The notes under the pieces are model-generated. The model saw only the letters and a list, made by a program, of their open reading frames with translations. It did no database searches and was not told the DNA's origin. This document shows, piece after piece, positions 21,123 through 30,188 of a stretch of DNA of 64,000 nt. This DNA is from Solirubrobacteraceae bacterium (GTDB lineage: Bacteria > Actinomycetota > Thermoleophilia > Solirubrobacterales > Solirubrobacteraceae): NCBI GenBank assembly GCA_036268195.1, contig DATAUP010000056.1, forward strand, positions 2,192-66,191, written 5' to 3'. Position 1 is the stretch's first letter. Every line of letters begins with the position of its first letter. The translations under genes and the position numbers were made by a program.

Positions 21123-22490
21123 TTACCCGGAGCGCCGCTCGAGTTGTGCGACGCACTCGATGTGCGGCGTCTGCGGGAACATGTCCACCGGCCGTACCTT
21201 GGTCAGCTCGTAGCCGGCCTCGACCAGCTGCGCCGCGTTGGGCGCAAGCGTCGTCGGGTTGCAGGAGACGTAGACGATCCGCTTGGGCGCCGCCTCGATG
21301 ACGCGGCGCACGATCTTCTGTGACAGCCCCGCACGCGGGGGGTCGACGACCAGTACGTCAGGTCGGCCTGCCTTCTCGACCAGGTCACGCATCGCCAGGC
21401 GCACGTCGCCGGCGAAGAAGTGGGCGTTGTCGATCTCGTTGCGGCGGGCGTTGGCGATTGCATCCGAGATCGCGTCCTCGACGATCTCGAGTCCCCACAG
21501 CTCGGCGACGCGTGGCGCCATCAACAGTCCGATCGTGCCGATGCCGCAGTAGAGATCGAACAGCCGCTCATAGCTCTTGAGCTCCGCATACTCGATCGCG
21601 AGCGCGTAGAGGCGCTCGGCCATCTCTGTGTTGGTCTGGAAGAACGCCTCGCCGGAGATGCTGATCGAGAGTCCACCGATCTGCTCCTCGAGGCGGTCGA
21701 CGCCTCCCAGCAGCGCGGTCTCGCCACCGTTGGTCGTCTCGGCGACCGTGTCGAGCTGTGTCCAGAGGAGACCGTCGGCGGTCGGCACGGCTGCCGCCAG
21801 CGAGTCCTCGTCCAGCCGGCCGCGCGAGGTCACGAGCCGCACCTGGATCTCGCCCGTACGCCGGCCCTCGCGGACCACGACGTTGCGGAGAAAGCCCTCA
21901 TTGGAACGGCGGTCGTACGGCTCAAGGCCCTGGGCGCGGCACCAGCCGGCGACCTCTTCGCGGGCCTGGTTGCCCTTTTTCGAGGCGAGCAGGCAGTCGG
22001 TCACCTCGACGATGTCCTCCCAGCGGCCCGGCGCGTGGAAGCCGCAGATCAGCCTGCCGTCGGCGTCCATACCGAACGAGTATTCGAGCTTGTTGCGATA
22101 ACGCCACTCCTGCACGGCCGGGATGATCGGCTCGAACGTGTAGCCGTCGAGCTTGCCGATCCGGCGCAGCGAGTCGTCGACCTGCTCCGCCTTGATCTCG
22201 AGCTGCTTCGCGTAGGGGATCACCTGCCACGGTGCCCCGGGGTGCTGGGCCAGCGGTTCGATCCGCTCCGGGCTGGGGCTGACAACCTCGAGCACGCGCG
22301 CCTCCGCGTAGGCGCGCTTGGCCTTGCCGACCTCGACCCGGACGGTGTCACCGGGGATGCCGCCCTGGACGAAGACGACGTAGCCGTCATGGCGCGCTAC
22401 GCCGGCGCCGCCGAAGGCGAGCGTGTCAACGGTGAGCTCGAGCTGGTCGCCGCGGTGCAGGCGGGTCGGGGTGGGGACGGCCGGATCCAT
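21123..22490 (-). CDS. rlmD: 23S rRNA (uracil-5)-methyltransferase RlmD/TrmA family
   Basis: TRAM domain, YRNK, FFQTN, DLYCGIG, DPPRAG, YVSCNP, DMFPQTPHIE. Confidence 0.93.
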   Translation of the reverse strand: MDPAVPTPTRLHRGDQLELTVDTLAFGGAGVARHDGYVVFVQGGIPGDTVRVEVGKAKRAYAEARVLEVVSPSPERIEPLAQHPGAPWQVIPYAKQLEIKAEQVDDSLRRIGKLDGYTFEPIIPAVQEWRYRNKLEYSFGMDADGRLICGFHAPGRWEDIVEVTDCLLASKKGNQAREEVAGWCRAQGLEPYDRRSNEGFLRNVVVREGRRTGEIQVRLVTSRGRLDEDSLAAAVPTADGLLWTQLDTVAETTNGGETALLGGVDRLEEQIGGLSISISGEAFFQTNTEMAERLYALAIEYAELKSYERLFDLYCGIGTIGLLMAPRVAELWGLEIVEDAISDAIANARRNEIDNAHFFAGDVRLAMRDLVEKAGRPDVLVVDPPRAGLSQKIVRRVIEAAPKRIVYVSCNPTTLAPNAAQLVEAGYELTKVRPVDMFPQTPHIECVAQLERRSG

Positions 22491-22580
22491 GGTCTGAGTG
22501 AGCTTAGTTGGCGGTGGGCGCTTTGGTGAGGCGCCCGAATCGATCCCCGCCACTCACGACGCCACCACGGGCGCCGAAGG

Positions 22581-23462
22581 CTAAGCGCAGAGGAGTTCGA
22601 GGACCGCTTTTTGGGTGTGACGGCGGTTCTCCGCCTGATCCCAGATGCGCTGGCGCTCGCCGTAGAGGACCGACTCGGTGATCTCCTCGCCTGGGTGGGC
22701 GGGGAGATCGTGCATCGCGATCGCCCCGGGGGCGGCGGCCGCGAGCAGGTCGTCGTTGAGCTGGTAGGGCTGCAGTGCTTGGATGCGTGCCCCGGCCGTC
22801 TCGGGGTCGTCGTTCATGCTCACCCAGACGTCGGTGTAGACGGCGTTGGCGTCCTTGACCGCCTCGTACGGATCCCATGTGAGGTGAGCGCCCGCGACAG
22901 GCTCGAGCTGGTAGCCGTCAGGAGCAGCGATGCTGACCTTGACGCCCGCGAGCGAGCCGACGATCGCGAGCGAGCGAGCGACGTTGTTGCCGTCGCCGAC
23001 GTAGGCGAGCTTGAGGCCCTTCAGATCGCCGAAGGTCTCCTTCAGCGTCAGCAGGTCAGCAAAGGCCTGGCACGGATGGTGGCCGGCCGTGAGCATGTTG
23101 ATCACCGGCACGGTGGCGTACTTGGCGAGTTCCTCGACCAGCTCGTCGGGCCCGGTGCGGATGCCGATCGCGGCAACGTTGCGGGAGAGGACGTAGGCGG
23201 TGTCCCTGATCGACTCGCCGCGTGCGAGCTGCGTGTCCTCGGTCCTGAGGACCATCGGGTGGCCGCCGAGCTCAACGATGCCGGTCTCGAAGGTGACGCG
23301 CGTGCGGGTCGAATGGCGCTGGAAGATCAGCGCAACCGTGCGCTGCTTGAGGACTTCGGAGCCGAGCGGATTGACCTTCATCCAGGCGGCCCTTTCGAGA
23401 AGTGCTTCGAGCTGATCGGGGGAGAGCTCCTGGCCGGTGAGGAGGTCGCTTGGGCGGGTCAT
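22581..23462 (-). CDS. argF: Ornithine carbamoyltransferase
   Basis: STRTR, HPCQ, GDGNNV, YTDVWVSM, QAENR. Confidence 0.9.
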   Translation of the reverse strand: MTRPSDLLTGQELSPDQLEALLERAAWMKVNPLGSEVLKQRTVALIFQRHSTRTRVTFETGIVELGGHPMVLRTEDTQLARGESIRDTAYVLSRNVAAIGIRTGPDELVEELAKYATVPVINMLTAGHHPCQAFADLLTLKETFGDLKGLKLAYVGDGNNVARSLAIVGSLAGVKVSIAAPDGYQLEPVAGAHLTWDPYEAVKDANAVYTDVWVSMNDDPETAGARIQALQPYQLNDDLLAAAAPGAIAMHDLPAHPGEEITESVLYGERQRIWDQAENRRHTQKAVLELLCA

Positions 23463-23534
23463 CGTGTGCAAGGTGCGGGAGTTTACGTGTCGGGGCGTTG
23501 GCGAGGGGGGTAACCGGGCGCTCTTTGCCCCCCT

Positions 23535-24173
23535 TTACGCGAGGCGGTCCGCGTGAGCTCTCACGAGCTCGACGATCGCGGCCGGTGCGGTGTCGGGTGA
23601 CCCGCCCGCGAACGGCGGCTCAGGGTCGTACTCGATCCCGAGCTGGATTCCGTGCGCCCACTCCGGACCCGCGATCTCGCCCGCGAGCATCAATGCCATG
23701 TCGATCCCGGAGGAGACCCCGGCGGCGGTGATGATCTTGCCCTGGCGCACGATCCGCTCGGCAACCGGGGTGACGCCGTACGGACGCAGTAGGTCGTATT
23801 GCAACCAGTGGGTCGTCGCCTGAAGGCCGTTCAACAGACCGGCGGCGGCGAGCAGCAACGAACCGGTGCAGACCGACGTGGTCCACGTCGAGTGCTCGTG
23901 GGCATGGCGCAGCCATGCCAGCACCTCTTCATCGTCGGTCAGCACACGCGTCCCGGAGCCACCCGGAACGACAATCACGTCGGGCTCAGGCAGATCCGCG
24001 AGCGACCGGTCAGCGACGAGAGCGAGCATCCCGTTCTCGGTCCGCTTCGACCCAGGCTCCTTCGCGATGAAGCTCACTGTGGCGTCAGGCAGGCGCGACA
24101 GCACCTCGTACGGCCCGATCGCGTCGAGCGCAGTCAGCTTGTCGAAGATCGGTATCGCGATGTCGATGGCCAC
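23535..24173 (-). CDS. DJ-1/PfpI family protein (isonitrile hydratase-like)
   Basis: LDAIGP, SVCTG, TAAGVSSGID, EYDPEPPF. Confidence 0.92.
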   Translation of the reverse strand: MAIDIAIPIFDKLTALDAIGPYEVLSRLPDATVSFIAKEPGSKRTENGMLALVADRSLADLPEPDVIVVPGGSGTRVLTDDEEVLAWLRHAHEHSTWTTSVCTGSLLLAAAGLLNGLQATTHWLQYDLLRPYGVTPVAERIVRQGKIITAAGVSSGIDMALMLAGEIAGPEWAHGIQLGIEYDPEPPFAGGSPDTAPAAIVELVRAHADRLA

Positions 24174-24212
24174 TCGGCTAAGTGTGGCCTATGGCCCGCG
24201 CGACCGCCACGC

Positions 24213-26255
24213 TCAGCAGACCTTGAACTTGACCGTGATCGCCTTGGACACGGTCGAGGGCTTGCGATGCTTTTGGGGCTTGCTGTAGCTGACGGTGACC
24301 TTGAGCTTGTCGGTGCCGTGCGCCTTCAGGCCCTTGAGCTTGATCAACTGCTTGGCGGGAACTCGCTTTGCCGTGTGCTTGTCCTTACCGCCAGCAGTGA
24401 ACGTCGCGAGCTTGAACTTGAGCTTCGTCTTCTTGGAGTGCCTGATCGCCTTGGACGTGAGCGTCGCCGGCAGGCTCTTGCCGGCAGCGGTACACACGTT
24501 CATCGACGGGCTGACGAGTGTGATCGTCTGGTTGTCGAATTTCACCGTCGTTGTGGTCGTCTTCTTCGGCGCTGCAGTCGAGGTCGGCGCGGGCGAGGTG
24601 ACCGTCGTGGTGCTGCCGGTATCGGTGCTGCCCCCGGTAGCAGTGCCGCCGCGTCCCTGCCCATTCCCGGAGCTCGGCGGCGTCGATGGGGTGATGAAGC
24701 TCTGTATGGCGCCCGCGTCACAATTGCCGGAGGGGTCGGGCCCGCTGTTACCAAGCAGGTCCGTCGTCGGGCAGATCGTCACCTGGTTACCAGATGCATT
24801 TACCGTCACTGCACCACTGGGAATCAGATCGATCGCTGGGTTCGGCACGTCGGGGACGGTGAATTGCCCGCTAGCACCCTGAGAGCTGACATCCGTCACT
24901 TCCGTGTTGAGCTGATCGCCCGTTCCCGCCCCGGAACATCCGATGCCGGCGCCCGCTGCGGGGACGGCGGCGTTGTAACCCTTGCTTGCGAAGTTCATTA
25001 CCGATCCACCACATGTCTCGGCAAAGAGGTCGCCGGCAATCTCCGCGTCCACATCCTCGCCACCATCGCTATGGATCGCCTCGCCCTCAGCCGCAGGGGA
25101 AACGAGGTCGCCATAGAACGTCGAGCGCCACACGCTCAACTGCGCGTAGCCCGAACCGTTGTCGCCGTTATCGATCGCTCCACCCGCAGCGGCGGCCTCG
25201 TTGCCGACGAAGTCCGAGCCGCTGACATTCGCACTGCCGAGGCCCCCGTGGTCGGCGACGTCGATCGCGCCGCCGTCGCCCTCCAAAGCGTCGTTACCCG
25301 TGAACGTGTCGTCGGTGGCCGCCAGGAATTCCTCGCCGCCGGAATCCGCATCAGCGCTATCGATGGCGCCGCCGTCACTGGCGGCCTGGTTGCCCACGAG
25401 ACTGGAGTCATCGACGTTGACATAGCCGACGGCGCCGACGGCAGTGCCGGCTATCGCACCGCCATCCTCTGCTTGGTCGTCCTGCAGGATCGAGCCGCCC
25501 GAAACGGTGATGGTGCCCCCGGCGTCGTTGTAAATGGCGCCACCGTCGAGCGTTGCGGTGTCGTGCTCGAGATCCGAGCCGTCCAGCAAGAGGATCCCGT
25601 CACTGATGTTCGCGACCGCGCCGCCGTCATCGGCGCTGTCGTGATCGAAGGTGGTCCCGTCCTCCACATTCACAGTTCCCGACGAGCCGTTGACGATCGC
25701 GCCACCGTTCGAGGCCGCGGCGTCGCTATAGAACGTCGACCCACCCACATCGATGGTGCTCACGCCGTCGTTCGCGATCGCGCCGCCGCTGTAGCTTGTA
25801 CTCGCGACATCGGACTCGAACGTCGAGTTCGTCACAGTGACCACGTCCGAGGCGACGCTGTCATCCACACTAATCGCGCCGCCATCGGCGTCTGACATGA
25901 GGCCGTCGACGGTGACGTCCTCGAACGCGACATTTCCGCCTGTCACCGAGAAGACGCCGGCAGTGCCCGTGTCCGTGATTACCGGGCTGCCAGTGCCATC
26001 GATAGTCACTTGCGCGGTAATCGCCGGTAGAGCGCTCGTAAGCGTGATAGTCGACAGGTCAGCTTGAAACGAGATGGTGTTTCCGATGCAGTTCGCGGCG
26101 TCTGCGTTGGTGATCGCGGCGGCGAGCGTGTCCGCGCCGCTGCTAGCGGATGACGTCACCTCGCAAACAATTGGCGCCGCCAGCGCAGGCGCAGCAACGA
26201 CCCCGCACGCACTCAGCGAGCACAGACCAGCTATGACCCACCGAAGCTTCCCCAC
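24213..26255 (-). CDS. Secreted beta-helix protein with GGAI (Pmp-like) repeats, Thr/Pro linker and basic C-terminal domain
   Basis: Signal peptide; at least 9 GGA(I/V) repeats with FxxD/N; CDAGAIQ end motif; Lys-rich tail. Confidence 0.85.
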   Translation of the reverse strand: MGKLRWVIAGLCSLSACGVVAAPALAAPIVCEVTSSASSGADTLAAAITNADAANCIGNTISFQADLSTITLTSALPAITAQVTIDGTGSPVITDTGTAGVFSVTGGNVAFEDVTVDGLMSDADGGAISVDDSVASDVVTVTNSTFESDVASTSYSGGAIANDGVSTIDVGGSTFYSDAAASNGGAIVNGSSGTVNVEDGTTFDHDSADDGGAVANISDGILLLDGSDLEHDTATLDGGAIYNDAGGTITVSGGSILQDDQAEDGGAIAGTAVGAVGYVNVDDSSLVGNQAASDGGAIDSADADSGGEEFLAATDDTFTGNDALEGDGGAIDVADHGGLGSANVSGSDFVGNEAAAAGGAIDNGDNGSGYAQLSVWRSTFYGDLVSPAAEGEAIHSDGGEDVDAEIAGDLFAETCGGSVMNFASKGYNAAVPAAGAGIGCSGAGTGDQLNTEVTDVSSQGASGQFTVPDVPNPAIDLIPSGAVTVNASGNQVTICPTTDLLGNSGPDPSGNCDAGAIQSFITPSTPPSSGNGQGRGGTATGGSTDTGSTTTVTSPAPTSTAAPKKTTTTTVKFDNQTITLVSPSMNVCTAAGKSLPATLTSKAIRHSKKTKLKFKLATFTAGGKDKHTAKRVPAKQLIKLKGLKAHGTDKLKVTVSYSKPQKHRKPSTVSKAITVKFKVC

Positions 26256-26305
26256 GCGCCCAATGCTCGCAAAAGCAGCGGACTGGTGCGCCCCTAACGG
26301 GATCG

Positions 26306-26809
26306 CTAGCGCCCCGCCCGCAGGCCAAACCCGCGCAGCATCAGCAGCGCCTTCTCACCGAGCGAGCCGCGCCCAGGCAGCACGCCCAGCTGCACCGCCG
26401 CGTCGTACAGATCGAAGAAGGCCCGGACGCGGAGTAACCGGCCGCGCTCGAGCTCGCAGTAGAAGACCACCGGGACGACGATGAACTTGTTGGTGGCGGG
26501 TAGGCCGCCGACGGGCTCGCGGTGGGTCGCGAGCAGCTTGCACGGTGCGGTGGCCATGCGTCCCTGCGCCAGCCGCGGCCCGAGCTGCTCGAGCCGGGCG
26601 TCAGGGAACGCGTCCCACAGGCGTTCGGCGTGGGTGATCAGCGCCGGGATGCCCTCGAGCGGCTCAGCGGTGAGCGGGTCCTCGTAATGGACCGTCGTGC
26701 TGCAGACCTGCCGGAAGGCGTCCATGTCCTTGTTCGACCAGGCGTCCTCCCAGGCATCGAACAGCTCGTCAACGGTCCCCTCACGTGGCTCGATCTCGGG
26801 CGCGGTCAC
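26306..26809 (-). CDS. SnoaL-like/ester cyclase family protein
   Basis: WEDAWS...VHYEDP...AFPDAR...RAFFDLY; TAGGAT 7 nt before GTG. Confidence 0.85.
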   Translation of the reverse strand: MTAPEIEPREGTVDELFDAWEDAWSNKDMDAFRQVCSTTVHYEDPLTAEPLEGIPALITHAERLWDAFPDARLEQLGPRLAQGRMATAPCKLLATHREPVGGLPATNKFIVVPVVFYCELERGRLLRVRAFFDLYDAAVQLGVLPGRGSLGEKALLMLRGFGLRAGR

Positions 26810-26880
26810 GGTGCCGATCCTAGTACCCCGCCTGTGGCTCCTGAAGGCCGCCGTCCAGTCACTCCTGACAGACTCGTCGC

Positions 26881-27957
26881 GTGATCGAGAATCCTCGCCA
26901 GCGCCTCGAGGACGCGCGGCTCTACCTGATCTGCGACGGGATCGATGCGCAGCGGCTCGACGCCGCCCTGCGGGGCGGCGTCGACGTCGTCGAGTTGATG
27001 GACACCGGCGGGACCGACGCCGAGATCCTTGCCGCCGCGGCCATGCTCCGCCCGGTTTGCGAGCGCCATGGCGTGCCACTGATGCTGAACAACCGTCCGG
27101 ACCTGGTCACTGCGGCCCAAGCCGACGGGGTCCACATCGACAGGCGCGGAATCGACATCGCCCGCGCGCGCGTGGCGATCGGCTCCGACAAGCTGCTCGG
27201 CACCTCCGCCCACACGCCGGCGGAGGTCGACGCCACCCAGCAGCTGCCGGTCGACTACATCAGCATCGGCCCGGTCCACGCGACACCGACCCGTCCGAAC
27301 GCCTCCGCAGCAGGCCTCGGGCTGGTCACCTACGCCTCACGCCACTCGAGGCTGCCGTTCTTCGCAGTCGGTGGGATCGAGCCCCACAACACGGGCGCAG
27401 TCGCTGCCGCGGGCGCCCAGCGGATCGCCGTCGTACGAGCGATCACCGAAAGCCCTGACCCGGAGCGCTCGGCTGCGGTGCTGCGCGCAGAGGTGACGGC
27501 CCCGGCGGATTTTCTGGAGCGCTACCGCGCTCGCACCGAAGCTCAGAACGCCGCGGCGCGGGCGAAACTCGACCCGCTGGCGCCAGGCGAGCGGCCATGG
27601 CCCCTGCAGCTGTCGGTCGCGCTGACAGCGCTCGCGGCGCTCATCAACCTGGTCGCGTTCGCGGCTGGGGTCAAGCTGCACGGAGACAAGCTCTCGACCA
27701 ACGAGCTGGTCCCGTTCGTGGTCGTGATGCTGCTGCTCGCCGGCGGCATGTGGCAACGCTCAGGGACGGCGGTGCTGCTGTTCATGGCGTTGCTGGCGAT
27801 CATCGTGGTGCTGTTCTCGCTGTTCCTGATCGAGGCAAGCAACGCCCTCGGCGTGGTGGTGCCGCTGCTCTTCATCGGCGGCGGCGGCTACCTGTTCTGG
27901 AAGCTCGTGCGGGTGCTCGGACGCATCCAGGCGCCAAAACGCGAGGCCGCGTACTAA
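26881..27957 (+). CDS. thiE: Thiamine-phosphate synthase-like domain fused to a 4-TM membrane domain
   Basis: RLYLI, ADGVH, GTSAH, DYISIGPVHATPT, FAVGGI, AVVRAI; then four hydrophobic helices. Confidence 0.8.
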   Translation: MIENPRQRLEDARLYLICDGIDAQRLDAALRGGVDVVELMDTGGTDAEILAAAAMLRPVCERHGVPLMLNNRPDLVTAAQADGVHIDRRGIDIARARVAIGSDKLLGTSAHTPAEVDATQQLPVDYISIGPVHATPTRPNASAAGLGLVTYASRHSRLPFFAVGGIEPHNTGAVAAAGAQRIAVVRAITESPDPERSAAVLRAEVTAPADFLERYRARTEAQNAAARAKLDPLAPGERPWPLQLSVALTALAALINLVAFAAGVKLHGDKLSTNELVPFVVVMLLLAGGMWQRSGTAVLLFMALLAIIVVLFSLFLIEASNALGVVVPLLFIGGGGYLFWKLVRVLGRIQAPKREAAY

Positions 27958-28011
27958 TACAGCGGCTCGTGTGATGAGCCAATTTGGTGGTCGATCATCT
28001 AGCCTGGTTCC

Positions 28012-29382
28012 GTGCCTGAATCTGCTTATGACGTCATCGTGATTGGCTCCGGGCCCGGCGGATACGTCACCGCCATCAGGGCCGCGCAGCTCGGTTTCAA
28101 CACAGCCGTGGTCGAGAAGGACAAGGTCGGCGGTCGCTGCCTCAACTACGCCTGCATACCTGCCAAAGCGGTGCTCCGCGTCGCTGACGTGCTGGCCGAG
28201 ATCCGCGAGGCGGACGACTACGGCATCAGCGTGAGTGAGCCGATCGTCGACTTCGACGCTGTGATGGATCGCCGCGACAAGGTCGTCTCGACGCTCACGG
28301 GTGGCGTCTCCGGCCTGTTCAAGAAGAACTCGATCGACGTGATCGACGGCGCCGGCTCGCTGACCGGCGATGGTGGCGTCGCCGTCGACGGCATGCAATA
28401 CCAGGCGAAGTTCATCGTGCTGGCGACCGGCTCGGTGCCACGTGCCATTCCAGGCACCCACTTCGGCGGCCGCGTGATCGGCACCGAGGAGGCATGGGCG
28501 TTCAATGAGCTCCCCAAGTCCCTGGCCGTGATCGGCTCCGGCGCCTCGGGCTCGGAGATCGCGTCCGCATATGCGCGGCTCGGCGTCAATGTGAAGCTGT
28601 TCGAAGCGCTCGATCGCGTGCTCCCGTCTGAGGACACCGATATCTCCAAGCTCGCCGAGCGCGGCTTCAAGAAGCAGGGGATCGAGGTCCACACCGGCAC
28701 GCTGGTGACGGACGTCATCACCGGCGAGAACTCGGTGACCTTCAAGCACGGCGACCAGACCGGCGAGGCCGAATGGGTCGTGATCGCGGCCGGGCGCGGC
28801 CCTGACATCGAGGGCCTCGGGCTGGACGTTGCCGGCGTGAAGCTCGACGAGCGCGGCCTGATCGAGGTGGACGGCGCGATGCACACCAGTGTCCCCGGCA
28901 TCTACGCGATCGGCGACCTCGTGCCGGGTCCGGCGCTGGCGCACAAGGCCTCGGACGAGGGCGTGATTGCGGTCGAGGACGCATCCGGCCTACCGACGCA
29001 TCCGATCAGCTACATCGACATCCCGCGCGCGACCTTCTGCGCCCCGAACGTTGCCAGTTTCGGACTGACCGAGGAGCAGGCGCGCGCGCAGGGCTATGAC
29101 GTGGCCATCGGCCAGGTCCAGTACGGCGCCGTCGGCGCCGGCACCGTCTACGGGGACCGCCAGGGACTGGTGAAGATCGTCGGCGACAAGCAGTTCGGTG
29201 AGCTGCTCGGCGGTCACATCGTCGGCTCAAAGGCCACCGAACTGATCCAGGAGCTCGTGAACTCCAAGATGCTGGAGGGCGGCTATCCCGAAGTCGCGCG
29301 GACGATCCACGGGCATCCGACGCTGTCGGAAGCGCTGATGGAGGCCGCGCGCGCGGCGGACGGCTGGCTGATCCACGGCTAG
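28012..29382 (+). CDS. lpdA: Dihydrolipoyl dehydrogenase
   Basis: GSGPGG, GGRCLNYACIP, LAHKA, HPTLSE. Confidence 0.95.
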   Translation: MPESAYDVIVIGSGPGGYVTAIRAAQLGFNTAVVEKDKVGGRCLNYACIPAKAVLRVADVLAEIREADDYGISVSEPIVDFDAVMDRRDKVVSTLTGGVSGLFKKNSIDVIDGAGSLTGDGGVAVDGMQYQAKFIVLATGSVPRAIPGTHFGGRVIGTEEAWAFNELPKSLAVIGSGASGSEIASAYARLGVNVKLFEALDRVLPSEDTDISKLAERGFKKQGIEVHTGTLVTDVITGENSVTFKHGDQTGEAEWVVIAAGRGPDIEGLGLDVAGVKLDERGLIEVDGAMHTSVPGIYAIGDLVPGPALAHKASDEGVIAVEDASGLPTHPISYIDIPRATFCAPNVASFGLTEEQARAQGYDVAIGQVQYGAVGAGTVYGDRQGLVKIVGDKQFGELLGGHIVGSKATELIQELVNSKMLEGGYPEVARTIHGHPTLSEALMEAARAADGWLIHG

Positions 29383-29492
29383 GAGGATTTGGCGGCACGA
29401 GGGTGTGGTCCGGGGTGGTCGTGGACCAAGCTGGGCAGCCGACGCGGCCAACGACTGGGAACCACGAGCGGTTTCCGGTTATCGTGGGACCG

Positions 29493-30188
29493 ATGAGTGA
29501 CGCCGCGACGCCGATCTCCGAACCAGGCCTGAAGGGTGAGATCACGACGATCGAGCTCGATCGTCTCGAGCGCACGGTGGCACGCCGCAGCGCCGAGAGC
29601 CGGGCGACGATCCCGACGATGGACTTCAGCACCATCGTCGACGTCGAGCGCGCGCTGGAGCGCGAGATGGAGCTCGGTTGCGGGGTCGCCGCGATCGTGA
29701 TCGCGGCCGCCGCCCACGCATTGCGCGTGGTCCCCCGCGTCAACGGCTCTTACCGCGACGGCCGCTACGAGCTCTACTCGCGGGTCAACGCGGGCGTGAC
29801 GATCGTGGAGGACGGGGTCTACGTGACACCGACAGTGTTCGACGCGGACGAGAAGTCGGTGACCGAGATCTGCAACGAGCTCTCGGACTGTTACGTGCGC
29901 GCCCGTGAAGAGGAGCTGCATCCGTCCGAGCTCACCGGCGCGACCTTCACTGTCGTCGACGGTAGTGCCTACGACATCGTCGCGGTCTCACCGGTGGTGC
30001 TGCCGCCACAGGCGGGCGCGCTGGCGTTCGGGCCGATCCGCGACGTGCCGGTGGTCCGTGACGGCCGGGTCGTTCCCGGTCGCACGATGCAGCTGTGTCT
30101 GTCCGTCGACCACCGCATCGTCTACGGCCATCACGCCGCTGAGTTCCTGGAGGACGTAAAGGCGTTTCTGGAGGAGGCACGGGTATGA
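29493..30188 (+). CDS. 2-oxoacid dehydrogenase E2 catalytic domain only
   Basis: AHALRVVPRVN, GATFTV, LSVDHRIVYG; no lipoyl or E3-binding domain. Confidence 0.85.
   Translation: MSDAATPISEPGLKGEITTIELDRLERTVARRSAESRATIPTMDFSTIVDVERALEREMELGCGVAAIVIAAAAHALRVVPRVNGSYRDGRYELYSRVNAGVTIVEDGVYVTPTVFDADEKSVTEICNELSDCYVRAREEELHPSELTGATFTVVDGSAYDIVAVSPVVLPPQAGALAFGPIRDVPVVRDGRVVPGRTMQLCLSVDHRIVYGHHAAEFLEDVKAFLEEARV

Noticed and set aside
23500-23540. G-rich/C-rich hairpin between the DJ-1 gene and argF as terminator or attenuator
   Set aside because: Imperfect stem, no U-tract on the coding strand, and no Arg-rich leader peptide.
23799-25895. 698-aa plus-strand ORF, and similar long antisense ORFs (6093-7421, 40995-42854, 17309-18589)
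   Set aside because: Shadow frames of well-supported opposite-strand genes in high-GC DNA; Arg-rich with no motifs.
26810-26880. TPP riboswitch upstream of the thiE-like gene
   Set aside because: Only a 71-bp divergent spacer; no GCTGAGA or CCTGA...GCGNAGG pattern.
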